The notes beneath the pieces were generated by a model. That model was given only the letters and a program-made list of their open reading frames with translations, was not told the DNA's origin and searched no databases. DNA of 63,748 nucleotides, filler included, from Reclinomonas americana ATCC 50394 (taxonomy: Eukaryota): assembly GCA_048213135.1 (NCBI GenBank). It is 4 parts of 3 records of this genome, joined end to end, with 100 filler letters (N's around TTAATTAATTAA, not from the genome) between each part and the next. Parts side by side here need not be neighbours in the genome. Positions count along the whole stretch, not along the records: positions 1 to 29,651 come from PS015486.1; positions 29,752 to 42,647 come from PS015487.1; 2 more parts are not named here. One strand, given 5' to 3'. The translations under genes were made by a program, and so were the position numbers. Of this stretch, positions 19,819 to 34,060 are shown piece after piece. Position 1 is the stretch's first letter; each line of letters begins with the position of its first letter.

Positions 19819-21905
19819 TCAAAACGCCATCTTGTAGATCAGTGTGGCCACCAGCAGCAACACGACCAACATGACAGCGTACAGAATGCCGTCGAGGATG
19901 CGGTCTTGTCGGTGCCAGTACTTGATCACGTCGGCGTACGGAATGTGCGAGAAGGTGACCATGGAATACAACGGCAGGTACACGCTCTCGGGGAGGAAGC
20001 GCATGAGGAAGCGCTCCAGTTGCTTGCGACGGCGGAACCACGCGCTGAACAGACAGACACACAGAAGAAACATAAGAAACGCGGAAGACACGGCAAGCTG
20101 CTGCACGCTGACAAACCTGGCCGTGGAGTGACGCATTTCCTTGAAATTGTACAAGGCCAGATCGGCGACGCCGTCGCTGTTGCGCTTGCGCAGACGCGTG
20201 AACTCCGGGCCAATGGCCTTCCAGTCGTCACCTGCACGCCACACACACAGACACGATGAAATTATGGGGACAGCTGCAATATGTCGCTTGGGCGAGTGCT
20301 CACCGTGCTGCTGGATGAGCTCGTCGAGAATCCGACAATCCTCAAAGCCAGCGTTGCACCCTTGGCCGTAGAACGGCACCACAGCGTGTGCGGCGTCGCC
20401 CATCAGGAGGAAGCGGCCGTCGTAGTGGTACGGCTCGCAGCGGATGGTGACCAGCGAGGAGGTGGGGTTGGCGATCCAATCCTGTCGCGTCGCTGTGAGG
20501 GTGCACAACAGACTGGCGGAGACGAGAAGTGGGCGTCCAAACACACGCAACGTGCAGCAAGGTGGGCATCAGAGGCACGGCATCACCGAATTCGCGGCGG
20601 AAGAACTCGAGAATCCGCTCGTCGCGGTCCAGCGTGGAGAAGTTGCAGTCGCCGTGCACGTCGTCCGGGTCGGCGTCGATGCGCATAAAGATGGTGCAGG
20701 TGAACGAGCGGTCCTTGTTCGGCAGCGCAATCATCATGAAGTTCTTGCGCGGCCAGATGTGCAGGCAGTCGGGCTTCATGGCGTAGCTGTCGGCGACGGG
20801 GTGAATCAACAAGAAAGCAACACGAACTCGAGGCGAGCACACACACCCGTCGCGTGCTCCCTCCAATGTGGCGCCACCCGGGATCTCGGCCGCCGGCGGA
20901 ATCAGCAACTCCTGCATACGGGGGTGCGTCAGTATAAGCAGAGGAGGAGGAAGAAGTGAAGAAGACGAGAGGCGCTTCTCACCTTGTACGCGTGTGGCAG
21001 GTAATCCTGCGAGTAATTGAACCGATCCAAGAACTGCATGCCGGCACGAACTTTGCTAAAGGCACCGTCGGCGCCAATCACCAGCTACGTGATTAACAGG
21101 GTGAGTCCAACGAACACACGACAGCAATCAGCATGACAGACGAGAAATGGACCTTGGGCTTCACATCCTGTCGGCGCCCGTCCTTGTCGATCAGCGTAAT
21201 GGTGCGCGAGCGAACGTCCACTGGCGCGATGCTGGTGCCAAACTGAATGTGCACATGCGGATGCCTGCAGGAGGGTGAGACAAAGAGAGGGAGAGAGAGA
21301 AAGAGAGTGACAAGTGACTCGACTTCTCAGCGGCCGTGATGAGAGTCTCGTTGAGATGGCGACGCGGCACACTGAGAATGTGCTGACCGGGTTTGCCATA
21401 GGGTTGCTCAATCAGCTGCCAGCGGGAGGGAGAGGGAGAGAGTCAGGCGATTTCCGCACGACAACAAAAAAGGAATCAGCGCATCTGCAGCACCTCTCCA
21501 GATGTTGTGTGAATCATGCGACCGTACATGGGAACGCCCTCGGCCACCACCTCCTTGGCAATGCCTGTGTGACAAGTGAGCGCGCAATGCTTCTCCCTCT
21601 CTCTCTCTCTCTTTCTCTCTTATACACACACACACCGGCTTCCTCGAGAGCGCGAATGCCGCGGTTGCTCAGGGCCAGATTGATACTGCGACCGGCAATG
21701 ACCTCGGCCACACGCGAGTCAGGTCGACGCTCAATCACCTGTACACGCACATGTGTGTGTGAGAGAGAGAGAGGCGTGAGAGAGTGCGCGGAGTTTTGTT
21801 GGTCACTTGCTCCGCAACTGTGACGGCGAATCCGCGACGAGCAAGGTTGAGAGCACACAGTGCGCCAACGAGGCCGCCTCCAGCAACAAGCACGCTCTCT
21901 TCCAT
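19819..21905 (-). CDS. KMO: Kynurenine 3-monooxygenase
   Basis: GGGLVG FAD motif, GRSINLALSNRG, LHIWPRKNFMMIALPN, LMGDAAHAVVPFYGQGCNAGFED, PLYSMVTFS and a C-terminal TM helix. Confidence 0.95.
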
Positions 21906-22187
21906 TTCTTGATAAGTGTTATGAGAATGCGGATCCGGAGTTGTCCTTATAATTAGCAAATGTCCTTCGGAGGTCTCTCTTTCTCTCTTGTTGCTGTCCT
22001 CCGATGTAAAGAGTGCGGAGGACAGCTTGGGAGGTACGTACAGTGGGTGTGCTGAGAGGCGCAAAGAATCGATGCCAGCATTCGACGTTGATATCAACGT
22101 CGACTGTTTTCGTCGTAACAAAGCTAAACAAACTGTGCACTATGTATCACCACCACCATCGTGAAGGCTATCCGCCATGACCAGCGA

Positions 22188-25100
22188 TCATGTAACCATT
22201 CGTCGCAAAGCAACCACGACTGCGCACGAAGCGAGTGAGCCGCTGCGACACAGAAGAAAGACGCTGGGCAATGCAGAAAAACCACTCACCCTGCTCCCTC
22301 AACAGCGCCGTCAGTGGTCCCAGTGTGGCCAGCACGCCGGTGAAGACGCCGACAATCACCACCGTCATGAATAGACCGGTGGGGAACTCGAACGTGATGG
22401 GCAATTGCGAAAAGAGCGCTCGTTGCAGGGTGGTGGTGACGCCCGTGATGATGCCTGCGGTTGAGTGCTTCTGTGAGACGCATTGCGTGTACAACACGGC
22501 ACCCCAGCGTCCTCCACTCGCTCACCAATGACCACACCCATGATGGATGCCGTAATCACCAGAACAATGGCCTCGTATGTGTACACTCGGCGCACCACAC
22601 TGCGACGGGCGCCCATGGCGCGCACCAGACCAATCTCCTTACTCTGCTCGTGGATGTTGGTGTCTGCGATAGCCGTACATATCAGCAAGTACTCCAATCA
22701 CATGGTACAGGAGCAGCGCTACACGCAACACATGCTGGCCAGCAACGAGAAGAAGCACAAGGCCATGGCCACCACTGTGGTGAAGATGGAAAAGGCCGTC
22801 AACGCCAGCTGCGGAAGAAGAGGAAGGTAGGGTGAGACACACGAGTTGAACAAGGCCGTGACTCGCTCCGCCAAAGAAACCAACCTGCACTTTGTCAAGG
22901 GCGCGCACGTCGCTGGCGATCAACACAGTTAGGCGTGCGACGAATATACAGTAACTGATGGCATCGCGCGCAACTCAAAGTAGTCGCGAAGCGTGAAGCC
23001 TATGCGCCCGTCCACCACGTCGAGCAGCGTCGACTTGACGCTGTCCTTCTCGCTCATGGTGGCCTCCGGTGTCAGTCGGATCATCAGCTCCCGCAGTCCC
23101 AGCTGCAAGCACGGGAAGAGCACCATTCAATAAATCCCCTGAGCTGCACAGACACACATTGGCAACAATCATGCGCACATCATCAACGCTACGGATCCAG
23201 CCGGCACTCATCGCCAGTGTGCTTGGAATGGACACGAGCATGTCCTGGAGAATGCACGCAATATGTGAGTCAATGATACACGCTGTTATTGCATTGCCCT
23301 TTGCTGCGCACACCTCGAGGAAAAATGTGGGATACTTGCTGAACAGGAAGCGTGGTGTGGCATCCATGAGTGCGGCCGGAGTGAACGGGAGAAAGTACTT
23401 TTGTCGCACACCATCTGCGAGGGCGTTGTACATGTCAGCAGTGTTCACCAACGATCATGGCCCTCCGACTCACAAAGCACGCACCGACGGTCTTTGGTAG
23501 CGTGGCGAGGTAGTAGACAAGTGGCGAGGCGGTCCTGTTCGCGCCCAGCAGATCACCGTAGATGCTGCCGATGAGTCCCGACTCGGTGCCAAGGCGTGTC
23601 GTGTACATTTGCTCCGCCAGGCCCTGCAAGACATCGTGATCAGTGCGTCAGATTGTGTCACCATCTTGTGCAATAAAGAAAGCTAACCAGTGTGGACGGC
23701 TGTGCCACGCTGCCGATGACCAAGAACTCGTCGAGGAGGACGTCGTACAAATTGGGTGACACACCACTGCGTTGCTGTGCAGTGAGAAGCAAGGATCACC
23801 GGGGACGATGCACACAGTGCGCGCAACTGAATGGTCTGAAAGTACGCTCGGAAGTTGCCAATGTTGCCAATGGCGGTGTCGTAGATTTCTCTGCTCAAAG
23901 TCAGTCGCAACACACAAGCGCAGCGCAGCAACATGCGGACATGCACACGCAGCGCAACTCGAAATGATCATCTATTCGATGTGTGACCCACGAGAAATCC
24001 TGCACGGCTGGGTGCTTCTCCAGCGCATCTTCAAACTGGCGCACCAGTTCGGGGTTGTTCTGCAGGCTGCCGAGTTTGATATCCATCTGGCGAAGATCAA
24101 GAGACAGATAAGGACAGGCCAACTCGCGCGACCGAGAGGTGGCAGTCACAAGGCGCAACCTTGACATGCACGCCGAGCCGTTGCAGCTGCTGGTACGTGG
24201 TCGACTGCACTTGCATTCGGAAGGTCACCGCAATGAAAATGACAAACGCCAGACTCATAGAATACATCAGTGTGGTCTGCACAGTGTCGATGGTGAGCAC
24301 AGTTGCACAACATGACACACTATGCAAACAAGCCACCTTGCGATTCCTGTCCTTGTGTGAGACGAGATTCTTGATGACCAGCAGTTTTACGGCGCGGTTG
24401 TCCCAAAAGAACAGCACGTGCGTGATGAAGCGCTCCAGCAGCTTCTCCGCATTGAGAGCTGCGCGTCACCCAGTCAGCTCTCAAACCAACACTCCCATCC
24501 GCAGCTTCCGAGAACAACAAACCCAATAACACGAGGCCAAGTAGCATGCCGAAGAGCAGGTAAAAGAGAATGTTGAGCAGCACCGAAAACTGCTGCGTCA
24601 ACAGCGCCAGTGGGAACATGTAGTACGCCAGGAACCTGCGCGCGCGGAAGCATCAGCACAGTGGTCGAAGAACAGCAGCGTGTATCACGCACCCGTACAG
24701 CGTCAACATGGAGCCAACAAACACGAGCGACCAGCTAACACCGGCATCGGCGGCACGGTCAATCTCAAACTACGCAACACTGGAGTGGTGAGCGACGCGG
24801 CAGGCACGCATGCATAGATGTGTACTCTCGCGAGGCGCACCACCACAGCCTTGGTTCGCGGTCGCTCCGTGTCCATGGCGTCCTGCAGTCGTGTCGAGAG
24901 TGCCTGCTTGGCCGGAAAGATGCACGCAAACACTGCCACCAGCGTGGCCAGCAAGGTGGCGCCCACCACTGCATCCGTCGCTAGACCGGAAGGCGGTTCC
25001 ACACTCACCAACTGCGTCAGCATGGACGCCACGCTGCAAAGCAATAGCGGCCAGTGAGCCGGGTGACCGAGCAGCAGGGTGAGCGCGCGACGTGACGATC

Positions 25101-27103
25101 TGTTGACAAACCCAATCCACGACACGCGCGCCAGGATGAGCCCCAGAACTGCACAACAAGCGAAAGTGAATAGAAATGAGCGACACAAGAACACTCGATC
25201 ACGCTACGCAACCGTATGCCGGTAATGAGTACGACAGCGCCTGAAAATGGACGAGAGAGAGATAGTGAGATGCAAGTCACGGAGTTGATGGCCTTCACGT
25301 CACTCACCTGCACAAAAATGAGCTCCACAATCCCGAACCGTGGCAGTCCAATCACGCGCATGACGCCCAACTCAAACACTCTGGTGTCCACATTGATCTG
25401 CTCATCGCCAGTGAGTAGCAGCACCAGCGGAACGAAAGAATGGTAGTGGAAAATCACCATCAGCAACGAATAGATGAGCATCACACTCAGCGCCGTGAGG
25501 ATGACCGTGATGATGTTGATGGAGAGGGAGAGGAAGAGGGAAAAGTACTGCGCCGAGTTCATGAATGTGAGAATGGGAGTGGCGCACTCCAGCTGATTGA
25601 AGCCGGCCTTGAAGCGCAGTGTTGAGGCGAAGCTCGTCATGCGCTGCAGAATGACATTGTAGTCGGCCACTCCGTACCTGCACACACAAGTCAACAGCGT
25701 GCACACACTACTGCTACAGCGCAACAGACGCAACGTATCCAGCCGCGGTGGTGGCACATTGATCACCACTGATGTGGCATACCGCTGGGCATCAAGGCCA
25801 GAGAGCACAGTGGCCACCGCCGACGCCACTCGCGGTGACAGGTTGTGTGCAATCAGCGGCAGAAACGTCGACAGCTCCATGAGCATGAGATTGCTGTGCG
25901 AGCCGGCAATGAGAATCCCACCAACAAGAGGATCGCCTTCTTCATCGCAGCTCACCCTTCCGCCGCGCTTGCCACCCTCCCTGCCGTGTCCATGCTGCCG
26001 GCCACCCGCACAGTCGCGTACGCCACTGGATTCTATCGTCGAACGCATGAGCAAGAAACAACGACAACAGCTGCAGCTCGCATCTCACCGATTCAAAGCT
26101 GGCAGTGGAGTTGTGGTAGCGCTGTCCGTCGGCGTCGACAGCCGCCTGCAACAACACCGAGCCAACGTCGACGCGCAGAGTCACCATGTCGCCGACTTCG
26201 ACGCGCATCGAGGCCATGAGCGACGGCGCAAGGAGCACATCGCCGGAGGCCACCGGTACTGGGCCACGGTAATCGCGGGCGAGCCCCATTCGTTGCTCCT
26301 GCTGCGAATCAACCAGCAACAGCGACGCGCCCAGCGCCATTCGCCGACAGAGTACGTCGATGCACTCTGATCCCCGCGTTTTCTCCGACACTGTGTGATC
26401 GTGCATATGCATGTGAGCGACCTGTAGGCAACAAGGGGGCAGAGTGGAGCGCCATCACCTTTCGGATCAATGTCAGCGCACTGCTGATCGTTGCTGTACG
26501 CCCAGTCGGTCGTGGCATCGCCCGTGGTCTGCACACGGAGGCGGACGTCACCCTCCATACACACGAACACGGTCACAAACTCGTCGGCGACTGCACCTTG
26601 GCGTTCCACGGCGACAAACATCTCGACTGCGGATACACATCGGCTTCGATGGTCACTCGGGCGCTTGCATAGTCGAACTCGCCTCCGAGAACGCCATCGT
26701 CGCGTAGTTGGCGATAATCGATCGTCCGTGCACCTCCACTGCCTCATGCACACAGAGAGCGGCTCAGCATGCGTGTAGGTACGCCAGGCGTGCAAGTCAA
26801 ACACGCAACGAGGGAGTGAGCAGCACGTCCATCTCGCCCTGTGTGGTCTCCGCCAATCGCAGCGTGACCACAGGCACCACACGCAACGTGGTCTGTGCCA
26901 GAGCAAACACAAACACCGCCATCTGTGCACGCATCGCAAACAGTCACCTCAATGCATTCCGATGGATGACAACGAGAAGCGAACACACACACCAGGCAGG
27001 AGCATACGCCGAGGCAGTACGACACCTTGTGTCGCCGCACTTGATGCGCCGTGAGGCGACCGTACTGTGCGTATCGCCAGAGGACGGTGGTGACGACGCC
27101 CAT
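22188..27103 (-). CDS. FtsX/MacB-type ABC transporter permease (two FtsX-like repeats)
   Basis: Two copies of the permease signature (DTRVFELGVMRVIG and EQSKEIGLVRAMG), each flanked by multiple TM helices. Many short introns. Confidence 0.8.
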
Positions 27104-27513
27104 GCGTGGTGGTCGGTCTGTGGGAGGATCAATCGGCGATTGCAGGACGATGAAGTGAAGACAACTCCGATGCGCGTGACGTTGCGTGCCCCCCGTCTCT
27201 GCTGCAGTGTGTGAGGAAATGCTTGCGANNNNNNNNNNNNNNNNNNNNNNNNNNNNNNNNNNNNNNNNNNNNNNNNNNNNNNNNNNNNNNNNNNNNNNNN
27301 NNNNNNNNNNNNNNNNNNNNNNNNNNNNNNNNNNNNNNNNNNNNNNNNNNNNNNNNNNNNNNNNNNNNNNNNNNNNNNNNNNNNNNNNNNNNNNNNNNNN
27401 NNNNNNNNNNNNNNNNNNNNNNNNNNNNNNNNNNNNNNNNNNNNNNNNNNNNNNNNNNNNNNNNNNNNNNNNNNNNNNNNNNNNNNNNNNNNNNNNNNNN
27501 NNNNNNNNNNNNN

Positions 27514-29250
27514 GCCCACGGAGAAAGAAAGGGCGATCGCACACACACAAACCTCTGCCGCTGTGATGCGCTCGCGAGGATCGTACACGAGAAGACGTGA
27601 GACGAGATCGATCGCCTCCGGCGATGCGTACATCTCCGGCAGCACCGTCTCCCACGGCTGACTGCGCACGGGTGGGAAGCGATTGTCGGGTACATTCGGA
27701 TTCAGCACGGCGAGCTCCTCGGTAGTGGGTGTGCCCAGAATCTGACAGCAACCAGATATTATTAGCAGTCGAGCGCAACAGGTGACAAGGCAAACATGTC
27801 GAGACGTCGTCACACGCACCGACACAATCTTCACCAACTGGTCGAGATTCGACTCGCCGGCAAAGAGCGGTGTGTCGGTCATGATCTCGCACATGACACA
27901 GCCGATGGACCACATGTCGATGGATGTCGAGTAATTCGCATTGCCAAAGATGAGCTCCGGTGCTCGGTAGAATCTCGAGCAGATGTAGGCCACGTTGGCT
28001 TCGCCGGGAATCAGTCTCTTGGCGGAGCCAAAGTCGCACAGTTTGAGGACGCCGACCGAGGCGTCACACAAGCAGTTCTGCGGCTTGATGTCGCGGTGGC
28101 AAATGCCGAGCGAATGGACATAGGTCAGCGCGCGGCACAGCTGGTACATGAACAGCTGCGGGAAAGAGGGAGGAAGAGTGAGGGAGATAGTTTTTTGGTC
28201 TGGTGTTCTCGAGTACTGCCAACCTTCAGCAGCACGACCGGTACACGCGCCTGCCGCTCAGAGTACGAGTGAATCACACCCTCCAGCGTGTCAGGCATGT
28301 ACTCGAGCACCAAGTTGAGGTAGGTCTCCGCCTGCGCATGCCCCACCCATCCATCAGCCACACACACACTTGCTTCCGCCACGAGAGAGAGACGCAACTC
28401 GATCGGCGCTGTGAGACGAAAAGTGGTGCATCATGTGCACCACATTCGGGTGCCGCAGCTCGCACATGATCTCCAGCTCACGATTCTTGTAGCGCTCGTC
28501 CACCAGCACCTTCTTGATCGCCACCTGTGCACGTGCACGAGCGTGAGCAAGCACAAAGAGAGAGAGAGAGGGAGGGAGAGCGTGCGTGCACAACAAAACC
28601 TCTTGGCCCGTCTGCTCATCCGTGGCCACATACACGGTGGCAAACGCCCCGCGGCCAGCAATCATACGCGCATTGTACTTGTTCTTCTTGCGTGGACTAA
28701 CAAGCACAACAGTCGTCAGCAGCAGAACACAACCAAGCAACAATGCAAAACACAGCTCACCCTGCGCGTATTTTGATGAGCAAACAAGCGAGAGTGAGAG
28801 GTGTGAGCAATCTTCCGCATCATGGCAAATCAATGTCCGTGAATCTTCTCTCGCACACACGCACACCGGCGCACACATGCACACACAAACACACACAGAG
28901 AGACGCGCGCACACATGAACGAACACTCGCTCACACGCACAAACATTCTCCCACTCGCAAACAGCGTGTGCGTGTGTGAGGGAGAACGCGCATGAGAGAG
29001 AGGACCATGTGCGTGCGTGCGTACGTGTGTGTGTCTTTCTCTCTCTCTCTTCTCTCACACTCATCATGACGCACCTCGTTCTGGCGATCCCATCTCCTCT
29101 GCTTCCTCCCTTGCGTGTTGCGCGCTGGTGCTGTTGCTGCTGGTGGTGCTGGTGACGAGGCACGTGGAGGTGCGAGAGGAGAGATTTGCAGACGATGCTG
29201 TTGTGGTGGTGGTGGAGGAGGCGGAGTAAGAGGGATGCGAGTGTCGATGA
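27514..29250 (-). CDS. Glycogen synthase kinase-3 / shaggy-like protein kinase; start uncertain, 3' end in gap
   Basis: VAIKKVLVDERYKNRELEIM, YLNLVLEYMP, ICHRDIKPQN, LKLCDFGSAK and NVAYICSRFYRAPELIFG. Confidence 0.9.
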
Positions 29251-30366
29251 TGATGCTTGTTCCCGCGTTGGTGGTGGTGGTGGTGCGTGTGTGAGCGAGA
29301 GGACTTGTGCTGCGCGGCGCCCGTGGTCGATGCTCAACAACACACACGCGAGGACGGGGGAAGGGAGAAGAGAGAGAGAGTGCGCGGAATAAAAAAAGAC
29401 ACGCACACGCACGCGCGCGTGGAGAGAAAGTGTGTGTGTGCGGTGGTGGGTGGATGGACAGTGAGGGAAAGAGTGTGTGTCTCTCCCTGTGTGTGTGCGT
29501 GGATGCGAGTGCGCCCGCGAGTGTTTGGTGGGGTGCGCGCCTCTCCGACTTCAAATTGACAATCGCATAATCTTGTTCGCCTTTTTGGGATGGTGATTGT
29601 TGTGGTTTTTGAGAGTGTGACGGTGGTTGACGGAGAGTGCGCATTCTCGTCNNNNNNNNNNNNNNNNNNNNNNNNNNNNNNNNNNNNNNNNNNNNTTAAT
29701 TAATTAANNNNNNNNNNNNNNNNNNNNNNNNNNNNNNNNNNNNNNNNNNNNGTGTGGGGCGAGACGCGCTTGTGTCGCAAGTGCTTTGTTTTTTGATGTA
29801 TCACATTTGAATTGTTGGGTAGCGCGGGCTGGTGAACTGGAATGCAATTGATCGCGTGAAACTGGTCGATATTGCGGGTGGCGTGTGTCATGACCCCGGA
29901 CCTCCGCGGACAGTGCGGGGTTGGTGAAGGTGGACAGGTGACAGCGGCGTCGGGCGATTGAGTACTTTGTGTGTTGCACGACGTGAGGGAGAAGGACCAA
30001 TTTGTTCGTGTTCGAATATGTTTGTGTTGTTTTCGCAATTGCGTGAATTCGAATGCCGGCGCGGCAGTGCAGCTGTGCCGGCCTTCCTTGCCGCCTGAAA
30101 TTGCCGTCGGAATTAGTGTTTTGAATCCTGCACAGCCGCACTTGTCGCTAACGATCGCGATCGCGATTGCGGCTCCACGACTTGCAATCGACTTCGAAGC
30201 ACGACCGCGACGACCTCGCTGCTTTTCCACACAACAACAACTCGAAGCTTCTCTGACTGAGCACTACCAGCATAGCCTGTGCCCACTTTTGCAATTAGCA
30301 AACTGAGACAGAGGCCACAAAGTCCGCGGATCCCACCGTCCCGTCACAATTCGTCATCACGCAATC

Positions 30367-32714
30367 ATGGCCGCCGCAGCCGCGGCCCCTCCTCCTCCCG
30401 CCACCAGTGTCTTTGCTCATCTCGATGTGCACCTCCCACACAGCGGTCTATGCGTGGCCGGCACCGGTGCATTCCATCACACACCTCTTGTCTCAGCTCT
30501 CTCTTCCGATCTCACACACACTCTCTCTCACACTCACAGTGCTCACCGGCGACGTGCTCCTCTCTCTGGAGGTACCACGTATTATCCGTTCACTGACTGT
30601 GCGCCTGCGCGGCGAGGAGAGTGTGGGCGCGTTGGGCGAATCAGGTTCTTGATTTCGCGCGCGCACTGATGAACGAGTCACACGCTGATTGCTTGTGTGT
30701 GCGTGCGTCGCAGCTGAGCACGTGCATGTTGATGAGACGCAGAAGCTGTTGCCTCGAGTCGATGGAGGTGCGCACACTGACACACTGACGCGCTTGATCG
30801 ACTTCATTGATTTACACGTGATGATCACAGACTTGTCATCGACCGCCAGCGATGCCGCCACCTTCAAGCCTGTGCATGTGAGGAAAGGTGCGATTCGCGA
30901 GCCTACTGTGCGATTCAGCGTGTGTCTCTCTGTCTTTCTCTTATGCGCGCACACGCAGGCGACTTGGCGTACCCATTCGAGTTCCTCCTCGGCTGGCAGT
31001 TGCCGCCCTCGGCCGAGATCCCGCGCGTCAACGCCCGCGTGTCGTACTCGGTGCACGTGCGCTGCGAGTTTGAGGTACTGCGTGGCACGTCCTCCTCTGC
31101 TACATGCTGCTGTGTGCCTAACACAGCCTGTTTTCCAGGGTGAGCATTCGAAAGTGGTGGTGCTGGAGGTGGAGAAGCCGGTGGCGCTCGTCTGTCGCTG
31201 CAGCCTCGCAAAGGATGTGGCGTTCTACTCGCCTGCTGTGACGCAGGTGTTTGAGGCTGGTGGATTGCACGGCTTGTTGCGTCGACGAGAGAGAGAGAGA
31301 GAGAGAGAGAGCGCGCAGTTTGCTTGTAGGAATGCTCACACTTATCGCAGGGCCTGGCTTCCGCGACGTGTGGCGTTTCTGGGTGAGACGTGCCAGGTTC
31401 AAGTCACCTGCAATCGCTTCCACAGTGCAGGTGGGTGACTGGAATGGACTTGCGCGACTTTTCTCTGTCCGCCCCATTCTCATCCGTTCTCTTCCAGGCA
31501 TCCGCGAAGTGGAGGTCACCCTGGTGCAATCGACGGTGATTGCGCGACGAAGAGACGACGCTGCACCCGAGATCCCGGATCGCGAAAAGACTGTGGGAGT
31601 GGCGGTGCGCAAGAGAATATCTCCGAGCACGTACATGAACCAGGCGACGCAGACGGTGGAGCAGCGAGATTCATTCAACGTGGTGCGTGCACGAGGTGGC
31701 TCTCATGTTATTGTCTTGCCGTGCATGGGAGGCTCACTCTCTTTGCAGAAAGTCGACATTGAGATGCCCAAGACAGTGATGCCGTCGTTCCACGCACACT
31801 GGTGAGTGTCACGTCGTTTGCGTTCACCTGACGCACGTTGCTNNNNNNNNNNNNNNNNNNNNGCGGCACACTCACGTGTCGCCGGAGCACGTGGTGAAGC
31901 ACTATTTGGAGAAGAAACTCAGCAAGGTGAGGTGGTGGTGTTCTGCTCCGACGAGTATTGTGTACACCGCTGCCCTCACTCCTGTGAGACATGCAGGGCG
32001 GTGGCGAAAGGTCACGTGGTGGTACAGCGAGTGCCGGTGGTGCTTCGTCGGTGAGGCAGCCTCCTTACCCCCCCTTTTTACTTTGGTTCCTTCACACACT
32101 TCGTCGCGCAGGACTTGTCTTCCTCATCCTCTCGACCTCGCCCGTCGAGCTACCTCTCCAAAGCCGATCGCCGCTACATTTACACGGCGTGCCAGTGCCT
32201 CACACACGACGCACTGAATGTGGTCATTCACTGCACGGAGTTAGAGGCCAGTCTGTTGCACGAGGAGACCAAGTTGGTGACCACGCCGGCATCAGTGGCC
32301 TTGTGTCAGTGTGTTGCCGAACTGGCGTTGTCGCGCATCCAGCTACTGGAGTCGATCCAGGTCTCGCGGTTACGTGGCGTCTCGCTGGACTCGTTCGATG
32401 TGCGGCAGATTGATCCGAGCACGGGATTCGTCAAGAGTTGCGCTGTTTTTCTGAGCTGCTGCTGCTCCTACTCCTGCTCTCGTCCTCACCAGTCTACAGC
32501 CATGGCCATGGATGTGTGGGGCGAGCGAACCAGCGAACGTGACGACATTGCGGTGCGCAGAGAACGAGCTCTCCACCACCCGTCGCTGCGGACCGACAAT
32601 CCAAGCATGAGCGACCTGCTGCCACCGTGCGAACATGGCCTACCCGGCCTTCCCGCCCTTGCGCTTCCACACCAACGGCCAAATGACTATGACTCTAGCG
32701 ACTCTGTGTTGTAA
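30367..32714 (+). CDS. Arrestin-domain protein with PH-like C-terminal region
   Basis: Arrestin-N-like segments (IRSLTVRLRGEE; AYPFEFLLGWQLPPS...VSYSVHV) and arrestin-C-like segments (IREVEVTLVQ; IEMPKTVMPSF). These are followed by HYLEKKLSK|GRWRKVTWWYSECRWCF, which resembles a PH N-terminus. Confidence 0.65.
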
Positions 32715-33990
32715 ATAAAGTGATGGACGAGGTTGTTGAAGTTCAGTGGCGGGAACCTCACGCTCGCGGGTGGACAATCCGTCTTTGTTGTTGTTCACCG
32801 CCGTGCGCGTAGGTGTGTCGCTCCCCCTTCCTCACCTCGCGTGTGTTACGTTGCCCCTTCCATCCCCCAGGTGCTGCGACGAGCCAGCGAAACGAACTTG
32901 CGTTGCCCAGCCACAGAGAGACAAGAGAGAAAGAGTTTTATTCTTTGTGTCGTTTTCGCGCGCACTCTCTCCTCTTTCTCTGTGTGTGCCTCTCTCGTTC
33001 TCCATTGAGGGAGGTGGTTGTATCGTGTTACGTTGGATGAGGGTTGCGTTGCTCGCCAACACGGAGTGGCGCCCTGACAACTCCCAAGGGGAATACACAA
33101 GAATCCATTCATGTTACGCATACGCTCCCGTGCACGCACCTGCAACGTGTGTGCGTGTGCCTCCAAAACAAAAGTCTACGTATAAACCACGCCCTTGTTG
33201 CGTTTGTGCGCGCGCTTCGTTGCCCACTCACTGCTGCGAGGCTGGATCGAGAAGGGAGGAGAGTCCATCTTTGGTCTTCTTGTTTTGTTGCGGCTTGTTA
33301 CGCCCTTCCCCGCTCTCTCTCCTTCTCGCGTGGCCGTTTTCTGTAACCCTCACGGTAACACTGCGCGGTAAGCACAGGAGGAAGCAAAGCTTGTGTGCAT
33401 GTAACACCCACTAAGAGCATCAAAGTTACACATCACGTTACGACTCGGTCTCGCTCTTGCTCGTCTCCCGTCTTGCGCGCTTGACACTCTATCACACGTG
33501 CACTGTGACGACAGTGTGTGGTCTGCGTATGTGCGCGCGCGTGTGTTGGTTGTGGACATTGCCGTTTGGGGGGTGGGGGAAAAGTTGCGGCTCAGACGCT
33601 GTGGGAGACAACGTGGACCACTGCCTCGTGTGCCCTCTACCGCACATGCGCACACGGCAGCGCACGTGCGTGTGTGCGCGTGTGGGTAGGGAGCATGGGC
33701 ATCTCTGCGTTTGCCCCGCGCACGTTTGCACTTTTGCCGTCGTCGGTGCGTGCTTGGAGCAGCGAGTAGCTACGGTGGGAGTGCGTGCACAGCAGGTTGG
33801 AAGTGTGTGTGCGCGCGTGTGTGTGGACTGCTCGTCATTGGGATGGTGGTGCGTTTTTTTCGTTCCACTTCGCATCGTGGCGCCGAGCACGACGACACGC
33901 AGGCCACCGCCGTGTGATGCATGAGGCGTGTGCGGCGTGGGAGCGAGGCACCGAGTGTCCAGTCTGGGTGGGATTGTGCGACACGGGGCG

Positions 33991-34018
33991 TCGACCCACA
34001 AGGCGTCGCCAATTGGCG
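33991..34018 (+). promoter_or_regulatory. Candidate snRNA upstream promoter element
   Basis: GACCCACAAGG about 70 nt upstream of the U1 start loosely resembles the plant USE RTCCCACATCG. It is followed by a 12-bp palindrome CGCCAATTGGCG (34007-34018). Confidence 0.3.
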
Positions 34019-34060
34019 CTGGAGTGACTTGTCGCGGTACTGCACGTTAGTCCTTTCTTA

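Noticed and set aside
22188..27103. Bacterial-like FtsX permease as recent HGT or contamination
   Set aside because: The gene is intron-rich with host-type splice signals, and eukaryotic members of this family occur in several protist lineages.
29696..29707. TTAATTAATTAA flanked by N runs (also at 42692-42703 and 57486-57497)
   Set aside because: An artificial scaffold linker with stops in all six frames, not biological. IleRS continues across the second copy.
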